Assembly (NCBI GenBank): GCA_035652335.1
Contig: DASRDZ010000010.1
Span: 39,594-103,593, forward strand
Direction: 5' to 3'
DNA from: Candidatus Dormiibacterota bacterium
GTDB taxonomy: Bacteria; Chloroflexota; Dormibacteria; Aeolococcales; Aeolococcaceae
Length of the DNA: 64,000 nucleotides
Under the pieces are notes generated by a model. The model did not search any database and had not been told where the DNA came from. It worked only from the letters and a program-made list of their open reading frames with translations. The translations under genes were made by a program, and so were the position numbers. Positions 54,760 through 62,897 of the stretch are shown one piece after another. The first letter of the stretch is position 1. Each line of letters opens with the position of its first letter.

Positions 54760-54854
54760 GGGGAGGTGGCTGAGTGGCCGAAAGCGCCCGCCTGCTAAGC
54801 GGGTGAGGGGTATTAAACGCTCCTCCGAGGGTTCGAATCCCTCCCTTCCCGCCA
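54760..54854 (+). tRNA. tRNA-Ser (anticodon GCT), class II, CCA encoded
   Basis: GGGGAGG-TG-GCTGAGTGGCCGAAAGCGC-CCGCC-TGCTAAG-GCGGG-(long variable arm)-CGAGGGTTCGAATCCCTC-CCTTCCC-G-CCA. The acceptor has 6 Watson-Crick pairs plus one G-T. A TATACT -10 hexamer lies at 54741-54746, 13 nt upstream. Confidence 0.85.
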
Positions 54855-55072
54855 GGGCTGCTTCGTGCTCCGTCTTGGGGTTGGTTCCGTTTGGTGCGAA
54901 CCCCGGACACAACGAAGCCCCGCGGGCTCGGCGTCGGGGCGGCGCACGCTCCCGTCGGAGTTGCCTTTACCTGCTTTGACAATCGTGAACGCGGGCAAGG
55001 TCGCGTCGCGGTGCGCAGCGGTGGAGCATCGCCAGCGCAGGCCCCGAAGGCCGTGCAGCCGGGAGTCCCGCC

Positions 55073-58000
55073 ATGTCCCACAGGCGAGGCAGCGCCATGC
55101 GATGGAGCGTCGGGGTCGTCGTGGTGACGGCTGCGATGGTCGCGTTTCCCGTCGCCCTGGTCGCCGCCCAGCCCGGGCTGGCCACGCCGCCCGCCCCGCC
55201 GCCTGCCGCGCCCCGCCTGCCCCCGCTGCCCGCCTCGCAGCCGGGTGCGGCGGCGACGCTCGACGCGGTGGTCGCCCACGGACCGTTCCTCGCCACGGGC
55301 TTCCCCGACCTCCCCTCCGAGGACGCCGCCACGGAGGTCGCGGCCCTCGACCCCCGCGACGGGGCCGCCGCCCAGCGCGCCTTCCTCGACGCCTGGGACG
55401 CCATGCCCGCCGCCGACCCGCAGCTCTCCGAGCAGTTCGCCGCCGCATTGATGGCCGGCCCGCTGGCCATGAACCAGGACCCGCCCAGCCCCGCCGACCA
55501 GGCCTTCGAGGGCTTCACCGGCGACCCCGACAACGCCGCCCGGCTGGCCAACGCGGCGGTGGCCCTGTTCACCCTCGGCGTGGCGCAGATGGACGGCGCT
55601 GCGGTGACCGACCAGTCGGTCGGCAAGGGCGACGACGTCGAGGACAACGCCGCCCAGCTCCTCCAGCTCGGCTACCGGGCGTTCTCGGCCGACGCCCCGC
55701 AGGCCGTGGAGACGCTGAGCCTCGACCTCGGCTTCCTCACCCCGCTGGTCGGCGAGTTCAACTCCTCCGCGGTCGACGCGCTGGAGGCGTGGCTGCGCAC
55801 GCATCCCGCCGACGCGACGGCGCGCTACCTGCTGGGCACCCTGCTGGGCGCGGGGTTCACCAGGGCCGCCGTGGTCGGCCAGGTGTCGCCGACCCCGCCG
55901 CCTCCGCTGGCCGCGGCGATGCAGGTGCTCGCACCCCTGGAGCACGACGCGCGCACCGCCGCGCTGGGCTACTCCGCCGTCGGCGACGCCGAGATGCGCG
56001 AGGCGCAGCGGGCCGTGGCGGAGAGGCCCTACGCCGCGCGGCAGGACGCCCGCGACGCGCTCGACGCCTACGACGCCGCCATCCGGCTCAACCGCGACCC
56101 CGGCCTGCTGGCCGGCCGCGCCGTCGCCCTCGACTTCCTCGGCGACGAGGCCGGCGCCGTCGCCGCCCAGCAGCGCGCCGTTGCCGCGGCGCCGCGGTCG
56201 GCGGCCGGGCTGGTCGAGTTGGCGGCGCTGCAGCAGAAGCTGTGCGACTCGCGGTCGCCGTGCGACGAGTCGGCGGTCGAGGGCACCGCGCGGTCGGCGA
56301 TGGGCCTGCTGGAGTCGGCATGGCAGCCGCGCGTCGACACGTCGCGCTTCCCGCGGTGGACGGAGCCCTGCCTCTCGGAGTGGAGCGGCGAGGTCGTCGC
56401 CGCCACCGACCCCGGCGACGATCGCGGCTACGCCGGCTACTCCTTCGGCAGCCTCGACGACGCCGTCCCGGTGATGCGCACCCCGGAGGGCTGCGGTGCC
56501 GGCGGAGCCGTCTTCCTCAGCTACACGCTGGTCCCCACCAGCGACGACACCGGCGTCGACGCCCGCCACGCCGACGGCGCCATGCTCGACACCGCCGCGT
56601 CGATCGCCATGCAGGCCGCGGCGCTCCGCGGCACCGCCGGCGACGCCGACACCGCGTACCGAGCCTGGCGCGCCGACGTCGCCGACGCCCGCCTCGGCGC
56701 CACCGCGGGCACGGCGGTGTGGACGGGACGCCGCCATCTCATGGCGTCGTACGACGAGGCGGCGCACCTCGTCGTCGCACCCGCGCCGGCGACGCCCGAC
56801 GCCGGCCCCCAGCAGTGGCCGGAGTCGCTCTTCGTCGCCGACTCGATCCTGCGCCACGCCGGCCGCTTCAGCCAGGCGGCGCGGGTCTGCCAGGCGTCGG
56901 TGTCCGCCCTGGCGGGCACCACCTACCCGCTCCGGTGCGAGGGGGAGGACGACTTCCTCGCCGGCGACGCCGCCGCGGCGCAGCGGCTCCTGCAGCCGCT
57001 CGACGGCAGGCTGCGGACCCCCGCCGACAGGGACTGGCTGAGCGACGACCTGCTCGCCGCCGACATCCGCCTGCACCGGGATGCCGCCGCGCGCAGCATC
57101 GTCGCCGCCGCCACCGACGACGACGTCAGCAGGGAGAAGCTCGGCGAGGTGGCCATGGACGCCGGCGACCTGCGCACCGCCGAGGCGGAGTTCGCCAGGG
57201 TGGTGCAGTCACAGCCGCAGGGACGCCCGCCCTCGCTGGTCGCCGAGGCCGCCTTCTCGGACCACGGCATCGTCCTGCTGCGCGAGATCCAGCCCGCCGC
57301 CGACGCCACCCCCGACTGCACGACGCACCGCGCGGACTGCGAGACGGCGCGCGCCGACTTCCTCGCCGCGTCGGCGATGGACCCGCGGAACCCGGTCTTC
57401 CTGCTCAACCTCGCCTGGGCCGACCGCCTCCTCGACTTTCCGCCGGCAGTGACCGAAACCGTGCTGCGGCGCGCCGTCGCGGAGGACCCCACCCTGTTCC
57501 CCGCCTACAACGACCTCGGCGTCCTCGAAGCCGGGCAGGGCGACACCGACGCCGCCCGCCAGGACCTGGAGCGGGCGCTCGCCGTCGCGCCCCAGTACGA
57601 CCTGGCCACGTGGAACCTCGGCGTCCTCGACATGCGCACGGTCGGCGGCATCCCCGCCGGGCAGGCGCTGCTGGCGGCGGCGACGTCGCGCAACCCCGTG
57701 CTGCGCGGCGAGTCGACGGTCGAGCTGCGCACCGACGAGCGCGTCTACGACGTGGCCCTGGGCCGGGGCGCGCTCCAGCCGTTCGACCGCACCTACGGGG
57801 TGGCCGCGGCGGCGCTCGGCGGCGTCAGCCTGGGCGCCCTGGCGGTGGGCACCCTCGTCGACCTGGGCAAGGAGCGCGGCCTGGAGACCGTCCTCGACCA
57901 GCTCGGCGAGCGGGCGCGGCGCTTCACCGCCGCCGTGGAGCGGCGCCTGGGCCGGGCGCTGCGCGGCATGCGGGCGCGGCCGTGGATGGTCACCGCACCG

Positions 58001-58540
58001 ATCCTGGTGGCGCTGACCGCGACGGTGACGGTGTGGACGGGGCAGGGGAGCGGCCTCCCGTCGGTGCTGATCGCCGCCTATGCGGCGCTGCTCGGCCTGC
58101 TGGTGCACGAGACCGGGCACCTCGTCGCCGCCGCGGCGCTGCGCCGGCGGGTGCGCCCGGTGCAGTCGCCGCTGCTCCTCGGCGTCGCCGTCCTCATGCT
58201 GCCGCTGCGCCTGCTCGGCGGCCCCTGCGTCGGCCACGAGGTGGTCGCCCGCGAGGGCGAGGCGGCGGGCGCGGCGCCGCGCCGCGACCTGGTCGTCTAC
58301 TGGGCCGGTCCCGCCGCCAACCTGCTCGTCGCCCTCGCCGCCGGGCTCGCCGCCGTGGCGCGGCCGCTGCCCATGCTGCGCGTCATCCTGCTGGTGCAGC
58401 TCGGCATGGTGGCGTTCAGCTTCCTGCCCGTCGAGCCCATGGAGGGTTCGCGGCTGGGCCGGGTGCACAGGCGGCCGCTCGCCGTGTTCCTGCTCGCCCT
58501 CGTGGTGGTCGCCATCCTCTTCTCGGAAGGCGTGCTGTGA
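55073..58540 (+). CDS. Giant secreted TPR-repeat protein with a C-terminal site-2-protease (peptidase M50-like, HExxH in TM) membrane domain
   Basis: Signal peptide MRWSVGVVVVTAAMVAFPVALVAAQP. A Pro-rich linker and TPR-like repeats follow (AYNDLGVLEAGQGDTDAARQDLERALAVAPQYDLATWNLG). The last roughly 230 aa are polytopic with LLVHETGHLVAAAAL and FLPVEPMEGSRL (the S2P LDG-like motif). The alternative ATG at 55097 is also possible. Confidence 0.65.
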   Translation: MSHRRGSAMRWSVGVVVVTAAMVAFPVALVAAQPGLATPPAPPPAAPRLPPLPASQPGAAATLDAVVAHGPFLATGFPDLPSEDAATEVAALDPRDGAAAQRAFLDAWDAMPAADPQLSEQFAAALMAGPLAMNQDPPSPADQAFEGFTGDPDNAARLANAAVALFTLGVAQMDGAAVTDQSVGKGDDVEDNAAQLLQLGYRAFSADAPQAVETLSLDLGFLTPLVGEFNSSAVDALEAWLRTHPADATARYLLGTLLGAGFTRAAVVGQVSPTPPPPLAAAMQVLAPLEHDARTAALGYSAVGDAEMREAQRAVAERPYAARQDARDALDAYDAAIRLNRDPGLLAGRAVALDFLGDEAGAVAAQQRAVAAAPRSAAGLVELAALQQKLCDSRSPCDESAVEGTARSAMGLLESAWQPRVDTSRFPRWTEPCLSEWSGEVVAATDPGDDRGYAGYSFGSLDDAVPVMRTPEGCGAGGAVFLSYTLVPTSDDTGVDARHADGAMLDTAASIAMQAAALRGTAGDADTAYRAWRADVADARLGATAGTAVWTGRRHLMASYDEAAHLVVAPAPATPDAGPQQWPESLFVADSILRHAGRFSQAARVCQASVSALAGTTYPLRCEGEDDFLAGDAAAAQRLLQPLDGRLRTPADRDWLSDDLLAADIRLHRDAAARSIVAAATDDDVSREKLGEVAMDAGDLRTAEAEFARVVQSQPQGRPPSLVAEAAFSDHGIVLLREIQPAADATPDCTTHRADCETARADFLAASAMDPRNPVFLLNLAWADRLLDFPPAVTETVLRRAVAEDPTLFPAYNDLGVLEAGQGDTDAARQDLERALAVAPQYDLATWNLGVLDMRTVGGIPAGQALLAAATSRNPVLRGESTVELRTDERVYDVALGRGALQPFDRTYGVAAAALGGVSLGALAVGTLVDLGKERGLETVLDQLGERARRFTAAVERRLGRALRGMRARPWMVTAPILVALTATVTVWTGQGSGLPSVLIAAYAALLGLLVHETGHLVAAAALRRRVRPVQSPLLLGVAVLMLPLRLLGGPCVGHEVVAREGEAAGAAPRRDLVVYWAGPAANLLVALAAGLAAVARPLPMLRVILLVQLGMVAFSFLPVEPMEGSRLGRVHRRPLAVFLLALVVVAILFSEGVL

Positions 58541-58680
58541 CGCCCCATCGCGCCCGGCGGATTTGACGCGCACGCGTCATTGCCCCAGACTCCGGCGGCA
58601 TAGGAAGGCGGACGTCCGGGAGGCGGCACGCAGTTCGCGGCGTGGGCGCACGTCCGCCGGCACAAGGAAGGGAGAGAGCC

Positions 58681-60564
58681 GTGGAAACCTCGATCCGAGC
58701 GCGCGCCGGCGCGCGCCCATCACGCCGGGCACTGGGAGTGCTCGGCGCCGCCGCCATCGCCGCGGCGGCCATCGCCGCGGGGCCGCAGGTCGCCGTCCGC
58801 GCCCAGGCCGGCTGCCCGAACGGCACGTCGCAGAACGGCGGCACGATCTCGCCGAGCGGCGGCGTGCCGTTCATCCTCTGCAGCGGGATGATCGCCAGCT
58901 TCGACGGCACGCCGCTCGACGTCGACGTCTCCATCCCGGCGTCGGCGAGCGGCGCGCTGCCACTGATGGTGATGATGCACGGCTGGGGCAACAGCAAGAC
59001 CGAGTTCGAGTCGACCACCCTCGCCGGCGACGGTGCGCATTCGTACGACTGGAACAACGCCTGGTTCACCGCCCAGGGGTATGCGGTTCTCACCTACACC
59101 GCACGAGGCTTCCATCAATCCTGCGGCAGGGAGAACTTCGTCCCTGTGGTGAACGCCGCCTGCGCCGGCAAGGCGAGCTGGACGCACCTCGCCGACCGCC
59201 GCTGGGAGGTGCACGACACGCAGTACCTCGCCGGCCTGCTCGTCGACGACGGTGTCGCCGACGCCAGCCACATCGCGGTCACCGGCGACTCCTACGGCGG
59301 TGGGCAGAGCTGGCTGCTCGCCCTGTCGCAGGACGAGGTGATGGCCACCGACGGCTCGACCTCGAGCTGGACGTCGCCCAACGGCACCGCGCTGCACGTC
59401 TTCGCCGCCGTGCCGCAGTACACCTGGAGCGACCTGCTGGAGGCGCTGACCGACAACGGCGGCGCGTCCGACGGCGCCAACGGCGCGCCCGCCCAGGCCG
59501 ACCACACGTCGCCGATCGGCGTCGAGAAGGCGAGCTACGTCGACGGCCTCTTCGCGCTCGGCGAGCAGACCGCGCAGTTCGCGCCGCCACAGGTCGATCC
59601 CACCGCCGACCTGGTGTCGTGGTTCGCCGGCCTCAGCGCGGGCGAGCCGTACGAGGTCAACCCGCAGGTGGCCAACGCGATCACCCAGGTGACCCAGTTC
59701 CGCTCGCCCTACTACATGGCCGTGCCGCCGGCGGGCCACGAGGTCCCCGTGCTGGCGCTGCAGGGCGTCACCGATCCGCTCTTCCCCGCCATCCAGGCGG
59801 AGCAGGAGATCCAGAAGCTGACCGCAGCAGACGCCGCCTACCCGGTGTGGTCGATCTACGGCGACATCGGCCACTCCTACGCCGCCAACCCGGGCGCGGT
59901 CTGGCAGACGCTCAACGGTGACGCCAACACCTGGCTCAGCACCATCCTCGCCGGTGGCACGCCCACGCTGGCGCGTGCCACCGTGGCGACCGTCGTCTGC
60001 AACTCGTCGCAGAGCACGACGTACCTCACCGGCGGCAGCCTCAGCGCCATCGCCACCTCGACGGTGACCCTCAGTGCGAGCGCCACCGCGACGACGAGCA
60101 GCGCCACCCCGCCGGGCCAGGAGGCCGAGCGTGCCGACCCCATCGTCAACGGCGGCGCACCGGGAACCACGCCTGGTTGCGTCACCATGCAATCGCAGAC
60201 CGACCAGGGCGTGGCCGCATGGACGTTCAGCCCGAGCACGCCGATCACCGTGGTGGGCAGCCCGGTGGTCGACGTCAGCGCCACCCTGCTCGGCACCAAC
60301 GCCGTGGTGGCGACCCGGCTGTGGGACCTCGACCCGCAGTCCGGCCGGCAGACGCTGATCACCCGCAACGTGTACCGCCTGGCCGGCACGCCGGGCTCGA
60401 CCGTCCCGCTCAGCTACGAGCTCTGGCCCACCGGCTGGCAGCTCGTCTCCGGGCACCAGCTCAAGCTCGAGATCACCCAGGACGACGCGCCCACCTGGCG
60501 CGCCGACAACCTGCCCTCGGCGCTGCTGCTCAGCGGCGTCAGCCTCACGCTGCCCACGGCGTAG
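58681..60564 (+). CDS. Secreted CocE/NonD (peptidase S15)-family alpha/beta hydrolase with a Tat-like signal
   Basis: GTG at 58681 follows GGAAGGGAGAGAG. The N-terminus SRRALGVLGAAAIAAAAIAAGPQVAVRAQA is twin-arginine-like. MVMMHGWGNS and the nucleophile elbow GDSYGGG; C-terminal beta-sandwich. A perfect 12-bp hairpin follows 13 nt after the stop. Confidence 0.7.
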   Translation: METSIRARAGARPSRRALGVLGAAAIAAAAIAAGPQVAVRAQAGCPNGTSQNGGTISPSGGVPFILCSGMIASFDGTPLDVDVSIPASASGALPLMVMMHGWGNSKTEFESTTLAGDGAHSYDWNNAWFTAQGYAVLTYTARGFHQSCGRENFVPVVNAACAGKASWTHLADRRWEVHDTQYLAGLLVDDGVADASHIAVTGDSYGGGQSWLLALSQDEVMATDGSTSSWTSPNGTALHVFAAVPQYTWSDLLEALTDNGGASDGANGAPAQADHTSPIGVEKASYVDGLFALGEQTAQFAPPQVDPTADLVSWFAGLSAGEPYEVNPQVANAITQVTQFRSPYYMAVPPAGHEVPVLALQGVTDPLFPAIQAEQEIQKLTAADAAYPVWSIYGDIGHSYAANPGAVWQTLNGDANTWLSTILAGGTPTLARATVATVVCNSSQSTTYLTGGSLSAIATSTVTLSASATATTSSATPPGQEAERADPIVNGGAPGTTPGCVTMQSQTDQGVAAWTFSPSTPITVVGSPVVDVSATLLGTNAVVATRLWDLDPQSGRQTLITRNVYRLAGTPGSTVPLSYELWPTGWQLVSGHQLKLEITQDDAPTWRADNLPSALLLSGVSLTLPTA

Positions 60565-60576
60565 GGGACCCCTGGA

Positions 60577-60606
60577 GCCGGTCGCCGCCCGGGCGCGGCG
60601 ACCGGC
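60577..60606 (+). terminator. Hairpin terminator after the secreted S15 hydrolase gene
   Basis: GCCGGTCGCCGC-ccgggc-GCGGCGACCGGC: a perfect 12-bp stem with a 6-nt loop, 13 nt after the stop. There is no U-tract. Confidence 0.5.
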
Positions 60607-60634
60607 CCATCGCCCGGCGGGCTAGGATCACGCC

Positions 60635-61486
60635 ATGGCCGACCCCCGACTCGCGCTCCGCGGCCGCCGGGTGCTCATCACCGGCGCCGCCGGCGGGATC
60701 GGCGGTGCCACAGCAGCGGCGATGCGCCACCTCGGCGCCACCGTGGTGGGCGTCGACCTGCAGGCGTCGCCGCCCGAGATCCTAGCCGCCGACGTGCGCG
60801 ACGCCGAGGCCGTGCAGCACGCCGTCGACGAGGCGGCTGAGCGCATGGGCGGAATCGACGTGCTGGTCAACGCCGCCGGGATCGGCATCGCCAACGACGC
60901 GGGCGCCTTTCCCGACGCCGCCGCCCGGCGGGTGCTCGACGTCAACCTGCTGGGCACCTGGACGGCCACCGCCGCGGCGCTGCCCCATCTGCTCCGCGCC
61001 CACGGGCACGTCGTCAACATCGCCAGCGGGCTGGCCTACGTCACCGTTCCCTTCGCCGTCGCGTACACGGCGAGCAAGCGCGCCGTCACCGCCTACTCCG
61101 ACACGCTGCGCATGGAGTACCGCGGGCGCATCTCGGTGAGCACCGTGTACCCGGGCTACGTGCGCACCCCCATCCACGACGCGCCGGCGGCGCAGGGCGT
61201 GTCGCTGGAGGGAGCGGTTCCTGCCGAACCTGTCGAATACACGGTGGGCGCCATCATCCGCTCCTGCGTGACCCGCAAGCGCGACCTGGCCACCGGCCGC
61301 GGCACGGCGGTGGGCATCTTCCTGGGGCGGCACGCGCCCTCCCTGCTCGACGCGCTGGTGGCGCGGCGCTTCGAACGGCGCTTCGCCGGCCGGGAGCGGC
61401 CCGCCTTCCTGCGCAGCTTCGACAGCGAGACGCCGGACGCGCTGAGCGCTCCGCGCAGCGCGCCGCCGGCCGGCAGCCAGCGCTAG
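60635..61486 (+). CDS. Short-chain dehydrogenase/reductase (SDR)
   Basis: ITGAAGGIGGA cofactor motif, NAAG, and YTASKRAV (YxxxK). Its TAG stop overlaps the convergent DinB stop. Confidence 0.8.
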   Translation: MADPRLALRGRRVLITGAAGGIGGATAAAMRHLGATVVGVDLQASPPEILAADVRDAEAVQHAVDEAAERMGGIDVLVNAAGIGIANDAGAFPDAAARRVLDVNLLGTWTATAAALPHLLRAHGHVVNIASGLAYVTVPFAVAYTASKRAVTAYSDTLRMEYRGRISVSTVYPGYVRTPIHDAPAAQGVSLEGAVPAEPVEYTVGAIIRSCVTRKRDLATGRGTAVGIFLGRHAPSLLDALVARRFERRFAGRERPAFLRSFDSETPDALSAPRSAPPAGSQR

Positions 61487-61989
61487 GCGGTTCCCACCAG
61501 CCCGTCGAGCTGCGCCGCGTGCTGCTCGAGGTGGCCGACCATGAACTCGTCGACGATGCGCGGCAGCGGCATGACGCCGAGGGTGGAATGGAGGCCGCGG
61601 GCGGCCCAACCGGCGTCGGGGACGTCGCGGAGGAACGCCCGCGTCGCGCCGATGCCGTCGCGTGTGCGCTGCCACAGGGACCGCACCGCCTGGTTGCGGT
61701 CGCGCTCGATGGCGGAGATGCGGCCTGCGTCCGCCTTGGTGCGTCCGAAGGGCACGGGCTCGCCGTGGTACGCGGCGATCACCTCGCGCGCCTGGGCCAG
61801 CCAGTAGGGCAGGAACTCGGCGAGGTGGGCCCACACCTGCCCCCACTCCCAGGTCTCGCCGGTGGGCGGGTCGGGGTCGGTGCGGCGGCCGCCCGCGCTG
61901 CCGGCGTCGCGCTGCGCGTGCTCCGCGAGGCGCCGCTCCACGGCGTCGAGACGCTGCAGGAAGTCCGGCGCCGGCGGCGCGTCGCTCAT
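61483..61989 (-). CDS. DinB/YfiT-like (DinB_2, mycothiol-dependent-isomerase-N-terminal-like) four-helix-bundle metal-binding protein
   Basis: 168 aa. The ATG overlaps the upstream FAH stop (ATGA). A His-containing helix pattern is present (WGQVWAHLAEFLPYW ... MVGHLEQHAAQLDGL). Confidence 0.6.
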   Translation of the reverse strand: MSDAPPAPDFLQRLDAVERRLAEHAQRDAGSAGGRRTDPDPPTGETWEWGQVWAHLAEFLPYWLAQAREVIAAYHGEPVPFGRTKADAGRISAIERDRNQAVRSLWQRTRDGIGATRAFLRDVPDAGWAARGLHSTLGVMPLPRIVDEFMVGHLEQHAAQLDGLVGTA

Positions 61990-62897
61990 CGCGCCACGAC
62001 GCGGTTGCGCAGCACTCCGAGCCGGTCCACCTCCAGCTCGACGACGTCGCCCGGCCGCAGCCAGGGATACCTCTCACCGCCGTGCACCAGCGAGAGCTCG
62101 AGGATGCATCCCGTGCCGCACGTCCCCGAGCCGATGACGTCGCCCGGCTCGACGCGCGTGCCGCGTGACGCCCACGCCAGCATCTCCCCGAATCCGTAGT
62201 GGATCGTCGCCAGCGACGAGCGTGACCACTCCTCGCCGTTGACACGCGCGACCATCTGCAGGTCGAACGCCCTGTTGCTGCGGAGGGGCTCCAGCTCGTC
62301 CGGCGTCACCAGCATCGGGCCCAGCGAGGTGGCGAAGTCCTTGCCCTTGACGGGGCCCATCGACAGCTTCATCTCGCGCCGCTGGATGTCGCGGGCACTC
62401 CAGTCGTTCATCACCATGTAGCCGGCGATGTGCTGCTCCGCGGTGGAGGCGTCGAGGTCGGCTCCGGCCCTGCCGACGACGGCGGCGACCTCCAGCTCGT
62501 AGTCCATCTCGGCCGTGCCGGGCGGCATGGCCACGTCGACGTCGGGCCCGACGGTGGCGTAGGGATTGCTGAAGTAGAAGACCGGGAACTCGTACCACTC
62601 GGGGATCATCTCCAGCCCGCGGCGCTGACGCGCGGTGCGGACGTGCTCCTCGAAGGCGTAGAAGTCGCGGATGGTCGGCGGCCTGGGCAGCGGGGCGCGC
62701 AGCTGCACGTCGCTCAGCGCGACCACCTCCGCCGGCTCGCGCAGTGCCATCGCACCCATGCTGTGCAGGCGGTCGCCGTCGTCGCCGAGGAGGTCGACGA
62801 GCGCGGTGCCCTGCGGCATGGCGTGCACGTCGTCGCCGTGCAGCACGCCGCAGCGGTCGTGCTGCGTCTCGGGATGGCGGTAGGTGACGAACCTCAC
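61986..62897 (-). CDS. Fumarylacetoacetate hydrolase (FAH) family protein, second copy
   Basis: Real start is the GTG at 62897 (VRFVTYRHPETQHDRCGVLHG...), which overlaps the TGA of the aminotransferase (GTGA). The upstream roughly 300 codons of the track ORF are Arg-rich junk overlapping the aminotransferase. Core motifs FPVFYFSNPYATVGPD ... DYELEVAAVVG ... GDVIGSGTCG. Confidence 0.8.
   Translation of the reverse strand: MRFVTYRHPETQHDRCGVLHGDDVHAMPQGTALVDLLGDDGDRLHSMGAMALREPAEVVALSDVQLRAPLPRPPTIRDFYAFEEHVRTARQRRGLEMIPEWYEFPVFYFSNPYATVGPDVDVAMPPGTAEMDYELEVAAVVGRAGADLDASTAEQHIAGYMVMNDWSARDIQRREMKLSMGPVKGKDFATSLGPMLVTPDELEPLRSNRAFDLQMVARVNGEEWSRSSLATIHYGFGEMLAWASRGTRVEPGDVIGSGTCGTGCILELSLVHGGERYPWLRPGDVVELEVDRLGVLRNRVVAR

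Noticed and set aside
53514-54854. tRNA-flanked segment as an integrated genomic island
   Set aside because: There is no integrase, transposase or phage gene. I found no direct repeat of either tRNA 3' end downstream. The GC content is uniform and the two tRNAs are different genes rather than a duplicated att site.
54683-57076. Upstream roughly 800 codons of the minus-strand ORF 53642..57076
   Set aside because: Only the last 346 codons (from the ATG at 54682) look like a protein (MprF C-domain). The rest is Arg/Gly-rich, runs antisense to a tRNA gene and to the TPR gene, and has no start or RBS support.
54865-58566. 1233-aa plus-strand ORF in a different frame from the TPR/S2P gene
   Set aside because: The translation is dominated by R, A, G and P runs (RRGRRGDGCDGRVSRRPGRRPARAG...). 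The co-located frame 55073..58540 has a signal peptide, TPR repeats and an HExxH membrane domain.
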